The position numbers and the translations under genes are program-made. A stretch of DNA of 64,000 nucleotides from Eukaryota sp. TZLM1-RC (lineage: Eukaryota > Protista > Metamonada: BaSk clade), in NCBI GenBank assembly GCA_040285825.1, contig JAUPSS010000004.1:2584550-2648549 (forward strand), given 5' to 3'. Positions 37,581 to 50,276 of this stretch are shown here, one piece after another (within the stretch, counting starts at the first letter, position 1; each line of letters starts with the position of its first letter). Below the pieces are notes generated by a model. It worked only from the letters and a program-made list of their open reading frames with translations. It made no database searches and was not told the origin of the DNA.

Positions 37581-39638
37581 ATGACCGACTCCCCTCCTAC
37601 AGGGATTCCTGCCCATGCTACTAATACCGACATGGCATCGGTACTTGATCGCCTTAAACATGCCCTTCTTGCGCCTCCGGAGTTATCCAGTGTTTCTCAA
37701 CATGTCCGAAGCCTTCTTCAAGATCCTTCTTCCATGCAATCTCGCCATTGTACTCGATACATCAACCAAGTCTTTCGTTTCATGGAATCTGATGCTGAAC
37801 AACGCCATTCCTTTATATCCCCGCAAAAGTTCATCCATGCACTTGTGGAACTTACCATCGCCTCAGAAGGTCTTTCTCCCAAAGAATCTGTTGCAGTTGA
37901 ACAAACCATCGAAGATTACCTCTTTCCCCAAATCTATACTAAACTTACCACGCTCTGTGGAAGTGACGATGATGTATTGATGACTAAGCAATATGAAAGA
38001 TTTTCTTCAATTTCCCAACAAGAACTCAAAGTTTCCACTGAAATGCTTGATCCATCTTTATCTCCTTGGTCCCACGCTATTGCCAAGATCTCAACGCTTC
38101 CTTTTTCACCTACTCCGACTCGGAAACTCCACGTCATCCTATCAGCTGCCCAGTCAGTTTACTCCAATCCAAATATAGCAGAAGACACCACGATAGGTGC
38201 TGACGTTTTTGTTCCAATTTTCATTTATATCCTACTCAAGGCTAAAATACCAAATATATGGACTGAAATCAAATTCATCCACGAATATTCTTCCGAAAGG
38301 CATGTTCATGGTGAACTTGGATACTATTTTGTCACACTAGAATTTTGTGCAAAGTACATTCTTGATTTAACTCCAGATAAGCTTTCAGACCCAGAAGAGC
38401 GACTTGCTTCTACTGAAACTTGGTTAGTTTGTGAGCAAAAAAGGTTCAAGAAATGGTCAAATACTGCACAATTTGTCACTGTTGTTGATACTATTAGGCT
38501 CAAGGGTTACAAGGCAGTCACAGTAATTGACTGGTTATTTAATCCAAGGTTTCCGTTTACTACTGTTTTGGAAGTCACGAATTCTGAAAAAGATGTTGTT
38601 GAGATGCTGATTTTACGACCAGTTGTATCGTTGCTGAATTTTGGACAGCAAAAGTTGTTAAAATCACTTTTCATGGAGCCTCAAGCTCTTAGTAGTTGTC
38701 TCAGTTGTGTGTCTGGGCGTTTTGGATCAATCACTTTGATTGATAGGCGAAACGCGCGTGATTTACAGTTATTAACCCTTAATCAAGGAAAGATTGATGA
38801 TCAAATTGATCTAATTGAAGATTATTTATCTCTAGCTTTATTGGGGTCGATTTCCGTAGTCTCAGAACCATTAGTTCCAATAATTACTGAAGAAATTGAA
38901 AATTCTTTCAGGAGTGAATTTGGAGTTCCTGTGTATTTGAACCTTACTGACGCTATTAGAGGAATTTTCTTGGAGTTTCAATTATTTCTACGTGGATTTG
39001 ATTGTTTGAGCTCTATTGCTCCCTTGTCAGCTAAGCCTGACACGCCAACTGTACATGGTTTGCTTCGTTTTTTCTCTGTTTTTAATACATCGCTTGCTGA
39101 ATTATTTGAGTTTGAACCAAAGGAAGTAATGGTTTCTCCCAAATTTTTAAAATTTAGTGGTTGTGATGAATCAATGTTGATCTCTTTTGCCTCTGTCATT
39201 GATGAAAATTCAAATACTCTACTTTTTTCATTCCAGACTCTACAATTACTTCGATCTTTAATGGTTGTTATACGTTCTCATTTTGATACGATTGGACATT
39301 CAATAACCAGCCCTGTTCTCTCTTTCAACGAATTTCAGTCATCAGTCAAGGATTTTCAAGACAATTATGGTCAAGGTCACATTAGTATAAGGAATGGTAT
39401 ATTAAATTTGAAAACATTAGAATTAGTCATTCGCTTATCAAAAGAACATAGTTCAAAACCAGTAAATGTAACCTCAAAGGTAGCCAATCAAGCTTCTTTG
39501 ATACATATAAGAAAAGTAAGTTCTCATCGTTTCCAACAATTAGGAACTGAATGTTCCAAGAGGTTATCTACAGGCTTTGATTCTCCGTTTATTCCATTAG
39601 ATTTATATCCAGTGCCACCCCCGCCTAGGGAAGATTAA
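37581..39638 (+). CDS. VPS9-domain Rab5-family guanine nucleotide exchange factor with a long C-terminal extension
   Basis: VPS9 motifs TPTRKL, IGADVFVPIFIYILLKA, GELGYYFVTLE; open frame of ~685 aa from the first ATG at 37581. An upstream exon cannot be excluded. Confidence 0.88.
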   Translation: MTDSPPTGIPAHATNTDMASVLDRLKHALLAPPELSSVSQHVRSLLQDPSSMQSRHCTRYINQVFRFMESDAEQRHSFISPQKFIHALVELTIASEGLSPKESVAVEQTIEDYLFPQIYTKLTTLCGSDDDVLMTKQYERFSSISQQELKVSTEMLDPSLSPWSHAIAKISTLPFSPTPTRKLHVILSAAQSVYSNPNIAEDTTIGADVFVPIFIYILLKAKIPNIWTEIKFIHEYSSERHVHGELGYYFVTLEFCAKYILDLTPDKLSDPEERLASTETWLVCEQKRFKKWSNTAQFVTVVDTIRLKGYKAVTVIDWLFNPRFPFTTVLEVTNSEKDVVEMLILRPVVSLLNFGQQKLLKSLFMEPQALSSCLSCVSGRFGSITLIDRRNARDLQLLTLNQGKIDDQIDLIEDYLSLALLGSISVVSEPLVPIITEEIENSFRSEFGVPVYLNLTDAIRGIFLEFQLFLRGFDCLSSIAPLSAKPDTPTVHGLLRFFSVFNTSLAELFEFEPKEVMVSPKFLKFSGCDESMLISFASVIDENSNTLLFSFQTLQLLRSLMVVIRSHFDTIGHSITSPVLSFNEFQSSVKDFQDNYGQGHISIRNGILNLKTLELVIRLSKEHSSKPVNVTSKVANQASLIHIRKVSSHRFQQLGTECSKRLSTGFDSPFIPLDLYPVPPPPRED

Positions 39639-41567
39639 GAGATGATTCTTTGTAGTTTTTGTAGCTTTATTGTGTAATTAGCGATATCAAATATGGTTTT
39701 ACCTTTGCTTTTTGTTGTTGAATTATCTGCTGTTTTTTGTTAATTTTTATTTTCATTGTATAAAGATTTGTTCATAATGGTTTTTTGTTGTTTTATTGTT
39801 TACTGATGTATTCAAATTGATACTTTAAAAAACGAAGTTAATTGAAAGTAATAGGCAGGCTAACAAACATTGAATTATCAATACAATAAATAATTGACAG
39901 TAATTGGCAATCTATAATATGAATTGCTAATCAGTTTAATCTATTTGAACAAAAATATGACCAATACATACGGAAATTAGAAGACCAATAGAATCAGTCA
40001 TTAAACAAAAATGGGTATACTATCCATTATTGTTGTGTACGGTTCTGATATTCTTTTAGTTCTTTCATACACACATATTGAGTTTTTCTACCTTATTGGC
40101 CTTCCAACACCTCGATAAGGTCTTGGTTTATTCTTCTTTACTGAACAAACAACAAAAACTCATAATCACAAAGGAGTTTCTTACAAATGCACGTGTGGTG
40201 TTACTGTTGATCATCAAAAAGAAACTGGATGGACTAACTTGTACAATTATCTGGTCACAAAAGATTACACAAAATTTATTATTCTTATAAATATTTTCTT
40301 ATTCTTTAAATTCATCTGTCTTTCATTACGTAACTTTAAATATCACCAAAATAATCTAGGTAATTTCAAACTGAACAAAATTGCCACTTATTGCAATTAT
40401 TGATTGGTGTGAATTTTGACCGATCAATTACTTGACAATTCAATTTTTTATAACGTTTGTAAATATGACATGTGAATAAAGGAAAATTTTGCACATATAG
40501 CTCCACTATTTCATTATCTTATTTTAAAAATCGCTTGTCAAAAAACTACACATCAAACCACTATATGTTGAGACAGTGAACTTTCCAATATAAATCAATT
40601 CTAATTAAAGCACTACTGAATGAAAGTAATAATCAGTCATGAAAAAGCTAGGTACAAGAACATGAATTATTTAGAGCAAAATGAGAAAACATCACATTAA
40701 AAGAGTCTTGCTATATTGGTGTTCAATAAAATACTTACAGATAAAAAAATTGAACACATTAAATCATATCAGCTTGATATTGATGTCATGAGGTTACTTG
40801 AGGATATGTTGCTTCTCACTGTGTCTCAACAATGTTTTCTGTTAAAAATACGTGCATGATTATGGTACCTAGATATAATACATCTCATTATGTCTTATGC
40901 ACTACTTGCAGTTCCACCCACAAAAATATTTCCGCGGCACATGGTACTGTGTTTTTCATTCTTTTAAATGATATAACGCTCTGGTAATACTTTTTTGATC
41001 ATTTACTATCATCAGAACTTTGTATTTTCATGTGGTGAAGTTGAACCAAACAGTGGTCTACCATCTCTGAAAGAAGTTGATGAAACCAATTGATTCCCAT
41101 ACAAGATGTAACAGCTTATACGTGGTTATTACCCACACAAAACCACTTATTGGCCATTCATATACACCAATGACCAAACACTGTATTTCCTGTTCTTCAT
41201 CATCCTCATATTGTTCCATGCGGCCATGTTAACACCTGTAAGCAGCATCCTTGTTCTTAATCAGAACGAAATCAGCTTGTGTAAGAGCCGACTGCGGTTA
41301 TACCGTATGACGTTTTGTTCTTTGTCCATCAGAGTTCATTTACTTCATTTTCATTGCCTACATTGTTGGAATCACTCTAGAACCAGTCTCGTCCTCACTT
41401 CCTTCATTCATCAGTTTCCCATCCTTCCTTTCTTTCAATGCTCATTTTCTCACCAGTTCAACAACGGGTTCGTCCTAACAACCAAGTCATCTTTTGCCAT
41501 GTTATAGCCTTGCTACTGTATAAAGTTATCCAATGGATTACATTAGCAGTTGCAGCTATGGATAGCA

Positions 41568-41593
41568 TTAGGGTTAGGGTTTTGGTATTAGGG
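41568..41593. repeat. Short TTAGGG tract
   Basis: TTAGGG TTAGGG TTTTGG TA TTAGGG. Confidence 0.5.
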
Positions 41594-41859
41594 TGCTTCT
41601 TTTTTCTTGATGTTGTTGCGTAACCAAGTCTTTCTTTTTTCATACTTGAACAAAAATAATCAATATTTAGTTTCATTTTCTCAGTTTTCGCAGTTTTCTG
41701 AACATAATAACTAGGGATGTTTTTTTGTTTTATTCAATAGTATACACGTCATAGGGTTTGCTGATCCAGGAAGTATCACTCAATTCTTCATTAGATGTCA
41801 AATTCTCAATTGTTATTTGTACTTTTCCTGCACTTTTTCCTGCATATTTTTCTACTGCT

Positions 41860-42040
41860 ATAGGTTGGTTTTCATATAGGAGGCTTTACACAATATTGAG
41901 AGTATTTCTCTTTATTACTAGTCTCAATTAATAAATACATAACCGACTGAGTAATCATCAATCAATCAGTTTTTAACTGTTTTATGTTGATTACGGTCAA
42001 GAAAGGTTAATTTCCGTGTACCTGTATAGCTTACACGTTA
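41860..42040 (+). repeat. Conserved ~180-bp non-coding element, copy 2
   Basis: Shares CAATATTGAGAGTA, TCTCTTTATT, TCAGTTTTTAACTGT, TGATTACGGTCAAG and CTGTATAG blocks with copies 1 and 3. Confidence 0.85.
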
Positions 42041-43497
42041 TATTTAATTTTTTTAGTTAATTTTGTTGTAATTTATTCTCATTAAATCTAACTACAAAAC
42101 GACAAACTACTATTTCTCGAAAAGGCAAATGAACACTTAAGCTGAAAATTGCTTTAAATTTATTTACATGTCAGATTTTGTTGTCTATTAGTTGCTTAAT
42201 GGTATTCGTTTTTGAAGTCAGCCGATGTTCGTCTTTTGTAAGTCCCAAATTGGAAATTTTTGAAGAGTAAATTGATGAGCCTTTGTTTAGGAAAAACGGG
42301 TCATGACTCTATAGTGGATGACACTTGTGTAAGTGGTATTTGAGAGATGGAAGTCTGTATAATATGAATGTCTGCCTTTAATTTGGTAAAAATATCTTGA
42401 ATCTTTAATACAATCAGTGAGCTTTTTTTAAGGAGCTCATTGACTTCTTGTATCAGGAACAGTTTTTCCTAAATTTCTTTAAGAAGTCGCTCTTCTGATG
42501 GTATCGGTAGAACACTGAAAACCTCCGCATCTGCAGTCTGCAAGAGATCAGAAACAACAAAGTAGGAGCACTTAAGTGTAATGCTGAAAGCCAACGGGTA
42601 GCACATTTTCTAGATGAAATTGAATGATGGGACAATGAAAATATCAACGACGGTTTAATTGAAGATAACTTTCATATATTGTGCAATAATAATTGGATAT
42701 GGAGTATTTCAATATGGAACAATAATAATTGGAGGCGAGACGTTATTTCTTCAGCCATCATGTTGCTCACAAACTTTGGAACAAAATGTACAACAGAACC
42801 AACAAAACAGGAAAAACAAAGGTTCAGGATACACTAACTTAATGTCAGCATCACAGGTGTTTTCAGTAAGCACATTTTCCCACAAAGTAATCATCTTTTG
42901 GGAATTTTCAAGCAGATTTCTACTCGACACTTTCAAATATGATTTTGAGACACTGTGTTTTGATTTAACTATTGAAGTGGCTGTTTGACCAAGATTAAAT
43001 GTATCTCCCCAGTGACAGCACAAGAATTTGAGTTCATAGACTGAAAGGAGATCAGAGAGATACAATCAACCATCTATAATTCCACACATTGTTTGTCTGC
43101 TTAAAGTCTCCAATTGCAAAGTGTACATTTAAGTTGATACAAATCAATGAATAATTAAAGAGTTTACTTAGGTCCTTCAGCACAAAAACTAATTAAGTCG
43201 ATGAAAGAAATTTCGTAAAGAACTTTGCACACGCAATCGAAAAAGCAGTCACATGTATAGATGAAGGAAAAGTATCAGTCACACGCAGTAGAATTCTGTC
43301 ACATGAATAAGAATTACGATATTTATTTGTCACACCCGTAGACACACCCATAAATAGACCATGACTAAATTTACCATCGAATGCACCTTAAATTCACTTA
43401 TGCAGCACAAATGGGATTTTGACGGAAGAGAAGTAATCAAAATGAGTTTATTGGAGAAATCAAAATAACCATAATACAGACAGTAGTACATCTAAAA

Positions 43498-44460
43498 CTA
43501 TAACAGGTTTTTGGGTGGTCTACCCCGTGGACGTTTAAAGAATTTGACATCAACGCAAGATTTCTTATTAGTCCCACTGATAAAGTGAAACGTTGGGACA
43601 GATTTGTTGCGTAGGACTATTCTGTTCTCAAAACAATACTGCTTAAATCTTTGAATAAGTAGTTCCTTGAAGAGATGGGGCTCAACCTCGTGGGGAGAAG
43701 AGTAGAACATAGACAATTGCTCGTTGAAGGTCCGTTTCCGAGCCTTTGAATGATGCGTAATAATACGTATTGGTAGCTACACAGTAGGAGGGAGTGAGAT
43801 TTATAAAAACTAAAAACAAATCATACTACCGAATTGCTCCATCCAGAATCATCGATTTTAACTTACTATCTATTAAATAAAGAGTAATATCGAAATATGG
43901 ATATGGATTTGGAAAAGTGTCAAGGGATTTTCTCAAAAATTTAATGACTTTAGTCTTAGATTCTGTATTCTCTAATGATCCAATTGCGTAGCGTTAATCT
44001 TTTTGGAAGCTCTACATTGAGGTTCGAGAACTTGAACAGATTGACAGAATGCGGGGATTCCACAAAGCGAAAAGAAAGATATTGGAAAGGAAACAGATCG
44101 AAGATAAGAGTTTTCAAATGATTTTCTTGTTGCGTTGTCAGAATAACAAACACTGCAATGGAGGAAAAGATACTCCAGGAAGAATACCTTGAGTGGTATT
44201 GCACTCATTCGTTGAGTCTTCTTGTGATGGATGGCATTAGTTCAAGTAGGGGGACAAAGTTTGTTTTTTCGGATGTTGTCTTCCTCTTAATAGAAGAAGA
44301 AATGCACATCTGCCCATTGTATTCCCGGAGACCGCACAGTATTGGTGGGAGGTTGTGACGTGAGTTCTTCATGAGAAGAAGTCATATCAAGTGGATTCGA
44401 CTCTTCCGAGCAAGGGCTACGTACGACCCATGATGCTGAAGAGGAACGAGTTGTTTGCAT
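43498..44460 (-). pseudogene. Disrupted ORF with a Cys-rich segment and a C-terminal AT-hook, probably a transposon accessory gene
   Basis: HCSVC...LCGIPAFC in 43972-44208; KRPRGRPPK in 43498-43716; GACGG-type repeats at 44588-44625. Confidence 0.35.
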
Positions 44461-46090
44461 TGACAAAGAAAGAGAAGCTGTGACTTCCTTTTAAACTTTG
44501 AATAAATTGAATAAATTTTGTTAAAGAATTATCATCAGAAATTCTTCTTTACAAAAACAGTACTAAAGACATTTCTAACACCTTATGACGGGCCGTGACG
44601 GCCTGACCAAAAATAGCCGTAAACGCAGCACGATGAAGTAACAAGTCTACTACCAATGTTAGAATTACTGAACTAGTTTGACCAAACTAAACTTGTTCGG
44701 CGTAAGTTCGGGTTAGTTCGGCATTTGGGTCCGTTTCATTAATATCAAACTGTTGATCTCTTTATTCTTTATACTAAATACTAACTATGAACCAACAAAG
44801 ACAACGTTTATTCAGAAAGTTCTACAATAACTTAATGTTGGTTATTATCCTGACTAAATACTCTCTTTAAGTGGTCTGGAAGACAAGAATTCTCGACTTC
44901 TGAGTCAGACTCACTTTCTAGAACCCAGTCCGCTTCCACTGACACTGTCCCTCATTTTAAGTAACTCTCCTTCTTGTTCTCCAATGTCTTTTTTAGTTCT
45001 TAACAAGATCGTCAGCTAGTCTGTCACCGAGACGGTTTCTTCTCTTGTTCTTGATCAATTTATATGCTAACCAATTTCGCTCAGCACTGCCAGTTGATAC
45101 AATTTGTGAGAGTATTTCCAGTACATCATTTCTCAGTTTGCCGTCTCCAGTGCCATATATTAACCACCATTCTCTAGGTCACAATTCTGGAACATGTTTC
45201 CAAACTTTTGGCTGAGCTTCTGGCTTAGTATCAAAGGTTTGCCATTCACGAAATCAATTCCTTTCAGAGAGTCGTTTTCGTCACAGACATTACCCAGTGC
45301 TTTCTGGATCAAAAAGTAAGCAGCAAGAAAAATTGAAGGTTGAAGCTTCAAAAAATTCGGTTATTTGTGCTACCATTGATAAAGTTTTTTAAGTCGGTCA
45401 TTTCTTCCCATGAGTTCAGAAAGTAGAATTCTTGCAATTTGGGACTTTGACGTACATCTTTGACAAATAAGGCTCATTGGAGTCCGTTTGTTTCAATAGA
45501 CCTATCAATGGCTTTCAGTAGAGTAGAAGTGAGGAGAACAACTGCCCAAAAGTCGTACTCAATACTTCCTACAATGAGTTTTACCTTCCTAAATAATGAC
45601 ATAAGAGGCTCGCCTACATCTTTAACAAGCTATTCGATGACGGGCGAACTGATTAGCGATTTGACACCACTTCCTAAGTTCTGAAGACGACTGAGCTTGT
45701 GAAAATGTGTATAAAATCGTGTAGCAGCAGGTCGTATCAGCGTCTTACCAGCCAAATTTTCCAATTTGCTTTTGATAATGGTATGATTGCGGATATAATG
45801 TACTACCACTTTAAAATCACCGATGATTTTGTTGAACCTATAAACTTGCACATGTCGTCAATAAGTAGATCCAAAATTTGAGACACACAAGGAGAAAATA
45901 GAATATGAGGATAATCGGCAATAACGAGTGAGCAAGTGGTAATTCTATTGGCGGCACTGTCTGACACAATATTAGTAATTAAACTTGGACTAACACCTGT
46001 GTGATTCACCTGTTTTCAATAATAGGTGAATTTTAATTCTCACCTCACAAATTTCTCACATCTTCTTTTCAGCGTCATTTAATCACTTTT

Positions 46091-47200
46091 ATGGGGGCCC
46101 CTATCGACTTATTGATGTCTGGTAATGACCTTCGGCGCCTCAAGCTACACGCTGGCGAAGACACAAAGATTCGTGCGGTTTACACCTTAGTCTTCCTTGA
46201 GAAAACACAACAAGTCGTTGCTGAGTACTACTGTGTTGCTCAATCTACAGTATCGACCTGGTTACGCCAAGTATTTCCTAGTTCTGAAGCTACTCCCAAT
46301 CCTACATCACGCAATCTCTTCGAAACTCCTTCATCTCGTCACAAACTCAACGAAACAGAGTCCTCATTTATCCTCCAACTGGTGAAAGAACAACCTCTTC
46401 TTTTTTTACGCGAAATACGTAAGCTTGTTTTTACAAAACTTAACAAAAAAATTAGCGTAACAACTGTGCACAGATTACTCATCAAAAACAATTTCACTCA
46501 TAAAAAATTTGCTAATTTGATGAGACGAGCAAAAAAAAGAACTGATTCACAACTTTGAATTAAGTTTTCGAAGACTTTTCGGTGTTGTTATTCAACAACA
46601 ATTATTATTTTCTGACGAAGTTTCGTTTAAATCAGAACTCTTTGTAAGAAAAACTTGTTGGAGCCCTAAGGGAGTTCCAATTAATACTGAAAGTCCGAAC
46701 TTCAAGAAAGGACAGGTGAGTCTCATGGTGACAATTGATGTCAATGGACTAGTGATGTTTCATATTAAACAAGGTCACTTTAATCGCGTAGTATATGTAA
46801 GTTTTCTACAAGATTTACTGCATCATAAATTATTATCAATTGAAGGAGAAGCTAGATCAATAGTGATTGTTGATGGTTCCAATATTCATAAAAATGCATA
46901 CATTTTTAAGGCTCTAAGATTGGCTGGCTTAAAAAAAAATTGATTTTACCACCATATTCTCCTGATTGTTGCCCAATACAAGCGTTTTTTGGTCTGCTTA
47001 GAAGAAAAGTTAGAGACAAATCGTTACACAGCCCACTGCAGGGTGTGGATCTTTTACAGCAGCTTCGAATGCAGCAATTTGTTTGACCATAGTGGCTGGA
47101 AGGATTTTTGCCCATTCAGATCGCCATACTTGCATGGTAAAAAGGCAAACTTTTTCAAAGATCATTTGGATGGAATAAAGTTTTGATTCAATATGTATTA
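46091..47200 (+). mobile_element. IS630/Tc1-like transposase A (frameshifted)
   Basis: Two HTH regions (VAEYYCVAQSTVSTWL; LFLREI...ISVTTVHRLL), FSDEVSF, IVVDGSNIHK, LPPYSPDCCPIQ. Confidence 0.85.
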
Positions 47201-47255
47201 AAATTAAAAAAAGAACTTTTATTATCAAAAAACCAATACTATCTCACTAATATTA

Positions 47256-47680
47256 TTATTCAGTATGCTGAGTGTCTTCTGCATCAGCCACTCTTTTAAA
47301 CGATTCATTTACGTCACTGGATAAGGCAGCAGCTGAACTAGTTCTTTCACCCAAGCTGATAACAAAAGAATTTAACTTCTTAAGAAAAGTAGACTCAAGC
47401 ACATCAAGTAATTCAAGGACTTGTTCTCTAATCTTGAATAATTGAGTGGCTGAATATTGGGCTACCTGTTCAGCCTGTTCAGCCAATTCAGCCGAAAACA
47501 GATTGTGTTTTGCATCACCCAGGAAGGGTATGATGGACTCAGGAATCCTGGTGATGCTTCCCTTTCGCTCGTTGATTATCTCCAACCATGTGTTCCACAA
47601 GTGGTCAGCATGTACCACTGTTGAATTGGATGGGTGTGATTTCAATTGTTCTATCGTTATAGTCTCTATCTCTGTCATTC
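47256..47680 (-). CDS. Unknown accessory ORF convergent with transposase A (5'-truncated)
   Basis: Open frame to the stop at 47256; motif HADHLWNTWLEIINER resembles 54573-54870. Confidence 0.45.
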
Positions 47681-47681
47681 C

Positions 47682-49472
47682 GTCATGACACTCATGACAC
47701 TCATGACAAAATGTTAATTTATTGGTTGCTAATAAGGTCAACGACAATCAAGTTTTCTTCTTCTTCTGTACTAGTTTCGCAGTTCTTAATCCACTTGTAT
47801 CCTCATCAAACAATCGTTTTCTGTTGTCATTGGTCATTGCTAACTGGTCAACGACAACTACACTTTCAATGAATTTATCAGCATCCTCGACGTCTTCTCT
47901 CAAACTAAATCCTTCCAATTCCATCGAATCTTCATTCTCAATAAGTTCGTGTTCAAATGTCTCCATCTTAACCCTCTTTTCATCTGCCCACAAATTCATT
48001 TTTTCTATAGTGGCTTTATGATCTTTATACAGCAACTCGCTCAAACAATCCATGGTTAACAGAACATTTTCTTGCTCGAGCAGTGGATTGTTAAAGTAAA
48101 TAGACATAATATTGTCTAAAACAGGTTCTGACAGAGACAATCTGCGTTTGGTTAGTTGAAAATCGTATGCAGACCAGTTTCTTTCAGTAATACTAGCTGA
48201 TGCAGTTACTCCACACAACCTGACTGCTAGTGCAGCAAGAGTTGGGTAAATTTTGGCACCAAACATAAACCACCATTGATGCGGTGGAAACGACTCACTC
48301 TCTTCCAAATAATCATAATTTTCGGAGTAAATAAGAAATTCTGAGTGGAGTACAGTGGACTGGCATGCAAATTTGTGGAAAAAGTCAAACATAATTTGCA
48401 TACAGTCTGTGTCGTTAAAGAAATCCCTATTATAACTACGTAATGCAGGATTGAGCATTCGAATTATAAATAGATTTCGCTCAATGGCATAGTGGATTCG
48501 GTGAAGAACAATCTTATCCAACTCCTTAACTTGATGATTTACTTCTTCTTCGGCTGAGTTTTTAATCGCAAATTCGAAGAAAGACTTCTTCGCAAAACTT
48601 CTGGCGACATCCATCGTCCAATGAGCAAATGCTCCAAAACCAGAGTACCACTTGTCCGAAATTCTCAAAATCTTTAAGAAAGGATTGGTAAAAATGATGA
48701 ATGCCTCGACATCTGTCCAATAATTGATATGCATTTCAACACCCTGAACTATTTGTTGAGCCTCAACTAGTAGTTGTCTCTTCGTGACATTTTTTGAAGA
48801 AATAATTTTGTCACAATACCTTTTTGAGTTCACTACAGCAAGTAAATTGCTCCGAATTTCCACTAATCGTTGAAGACATAAAATGAAGAAAGCAAAACGG
48901 GTAACAGGATACGACTTAATTGCGGTAGAGCCTGTTTCCCTCAACCAGAAAGCGATTTTCTGATGGTTTTTGAAAACTCGAACCAAGACGGAAGAAGGAG
49001 AAACAAGTTGTTTAATCCAATTAACTGATAACAAACATTTAAGCATCAACGAAACAGAATGAGTAAAACAAATGCAACCCATAGTCAGTCCTTCACTCAA
49101 TGATTTTCGGGCTGAGGTTAGATTGGAACCGTGTGATACTGGTTTTGTGTTTGATAAGTCCACAACCACGGCAGCAAAGATCGCCACAGCTGCTACGATA
49201 ATTCCGTTCGAAGACGAGGCCTGGGTGTTCTTATTGAAAAAATGTAGTTTGAAGCCCTGGGGAGGTTGTTGAGTAAATGTTGATGACATATAGTGAATGA
49301 AAAAGAGTTTTTATTCAATAAATGAGGGTGGGTGTCATGCCCAGGTATGTTTTATTGTGATGTTCAACTATTATAACAAGTGACTGAAGTACTAAAATCA
49401 GACTGTCATGAACCATGACAAAAAGGCTGTTTGTCATGACACTGTCATGACACGTTGTCATGCCCAGGTATG
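47682..49472 (-). mobile_element. hAT element (internally deleted transposase, 513-aa ORF)
   Basis: ICFTHSVSL, PVTRFAF, QWWFMFG...YPTL, ASITERNWS; TCATGACAC subterminal repeats at both ends; terminal GTCATGCCCAGGTATG present twice (ending 49349 and 49472). Confidence 0.85.
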
Positions 49473-50134
49473 GTTAAAATGTCCTTCTTCAATGTGACAA
49501 TGTACAAAACGGTTTACGTCGATTGCCACGACACACGAAATTTGCTTGTAACACATAGGGCGACTGTGAGAATAACCAATGTATCCTTTTTTCGTTCGCC
49601 CTGAAGTTCGTATAAAATCATCCCATTGGAAAGAAACTTCATCAATAAAGAGTAGCTGACTTTGGATAACTGGACCAACTAAAGAGTTGAACCGTAGAAC
49701 AAAAGCTTCAATCAATTGACGTTTGGCTCTACGTACGACTTTCTGGAACTTCTTACAAGTGTAGCCATTTGCTACCAATATTCTATGCACTGTGGTTATT
49801 GAAACACATAATTGACGGGAAATTTTAACAATATCAACTATCTCTCTCAAATATAGTAAAGGTTGTTGGTCAATCAGTTTAGTGAGAAATCTGATATCTT
49901 CTTGGCTGAAAAAACGATATTTACGCTGTTTTTTATGAGATAGAGAAAAAACTCTTTCCAGCCACCTCGAGATCGTAGACTGAGACACAAGGAAGAACTC
50001 AGCCACTTCTGATTGTGTCTTGTCAAGCCATAAGTATGTATAAATGGCTCTGACTTGAGTATCTTCGCTTGCATGGTTTTGAGAGTACGTATGTCGGTTT
50101 CAGGGTTGAGAAGCATGTCATACTTCAAACCCAT
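49473..50134 (-). mobile_element. IS630/Tc1-like transposase B, 3'-truncated by the hAT element
   Basis: Paralogous to A: VAEFFLVSQSTISRWL, QPLLYLREI, SITTVHRIL, LFIDEVSF, IDVNRFV...GHFN. Confidence 0.85.
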
Positions 50135-50182
50135 AACCACTAGAGCAAGATGAAGAATTTTGTGTGGGAATTTATTGTGTGG

Positions 50183-50276
50183 TGTTGGGTTGCGCACAAG
50201 TGAATAGGGGAAAAGTACGTTTATTATGCAAATAACACATTATAATAGTTGACACGTCATCATACCTAATGCTTCA
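50183..50276 (-). repeat. 3' LTR of element B (94 bp)
   Basis: Identical to 54474-54567. Confidence 0.97.

Noticed and set aside
41386-41414. Hammerhead-like CTGATGA...GTGAGGACGAGAC on the minus strand
   Set aside because: Stem II cannot pair and the GAAA core is altered.
39700-43400. Short ORFs in AT-rich decayed DNA (also 1500-2450, 16400-18700, 26000-26700, 60200-61750)
   Set aside because: Fragmentary, with no motif I can support; probably old TE or gene remnants.
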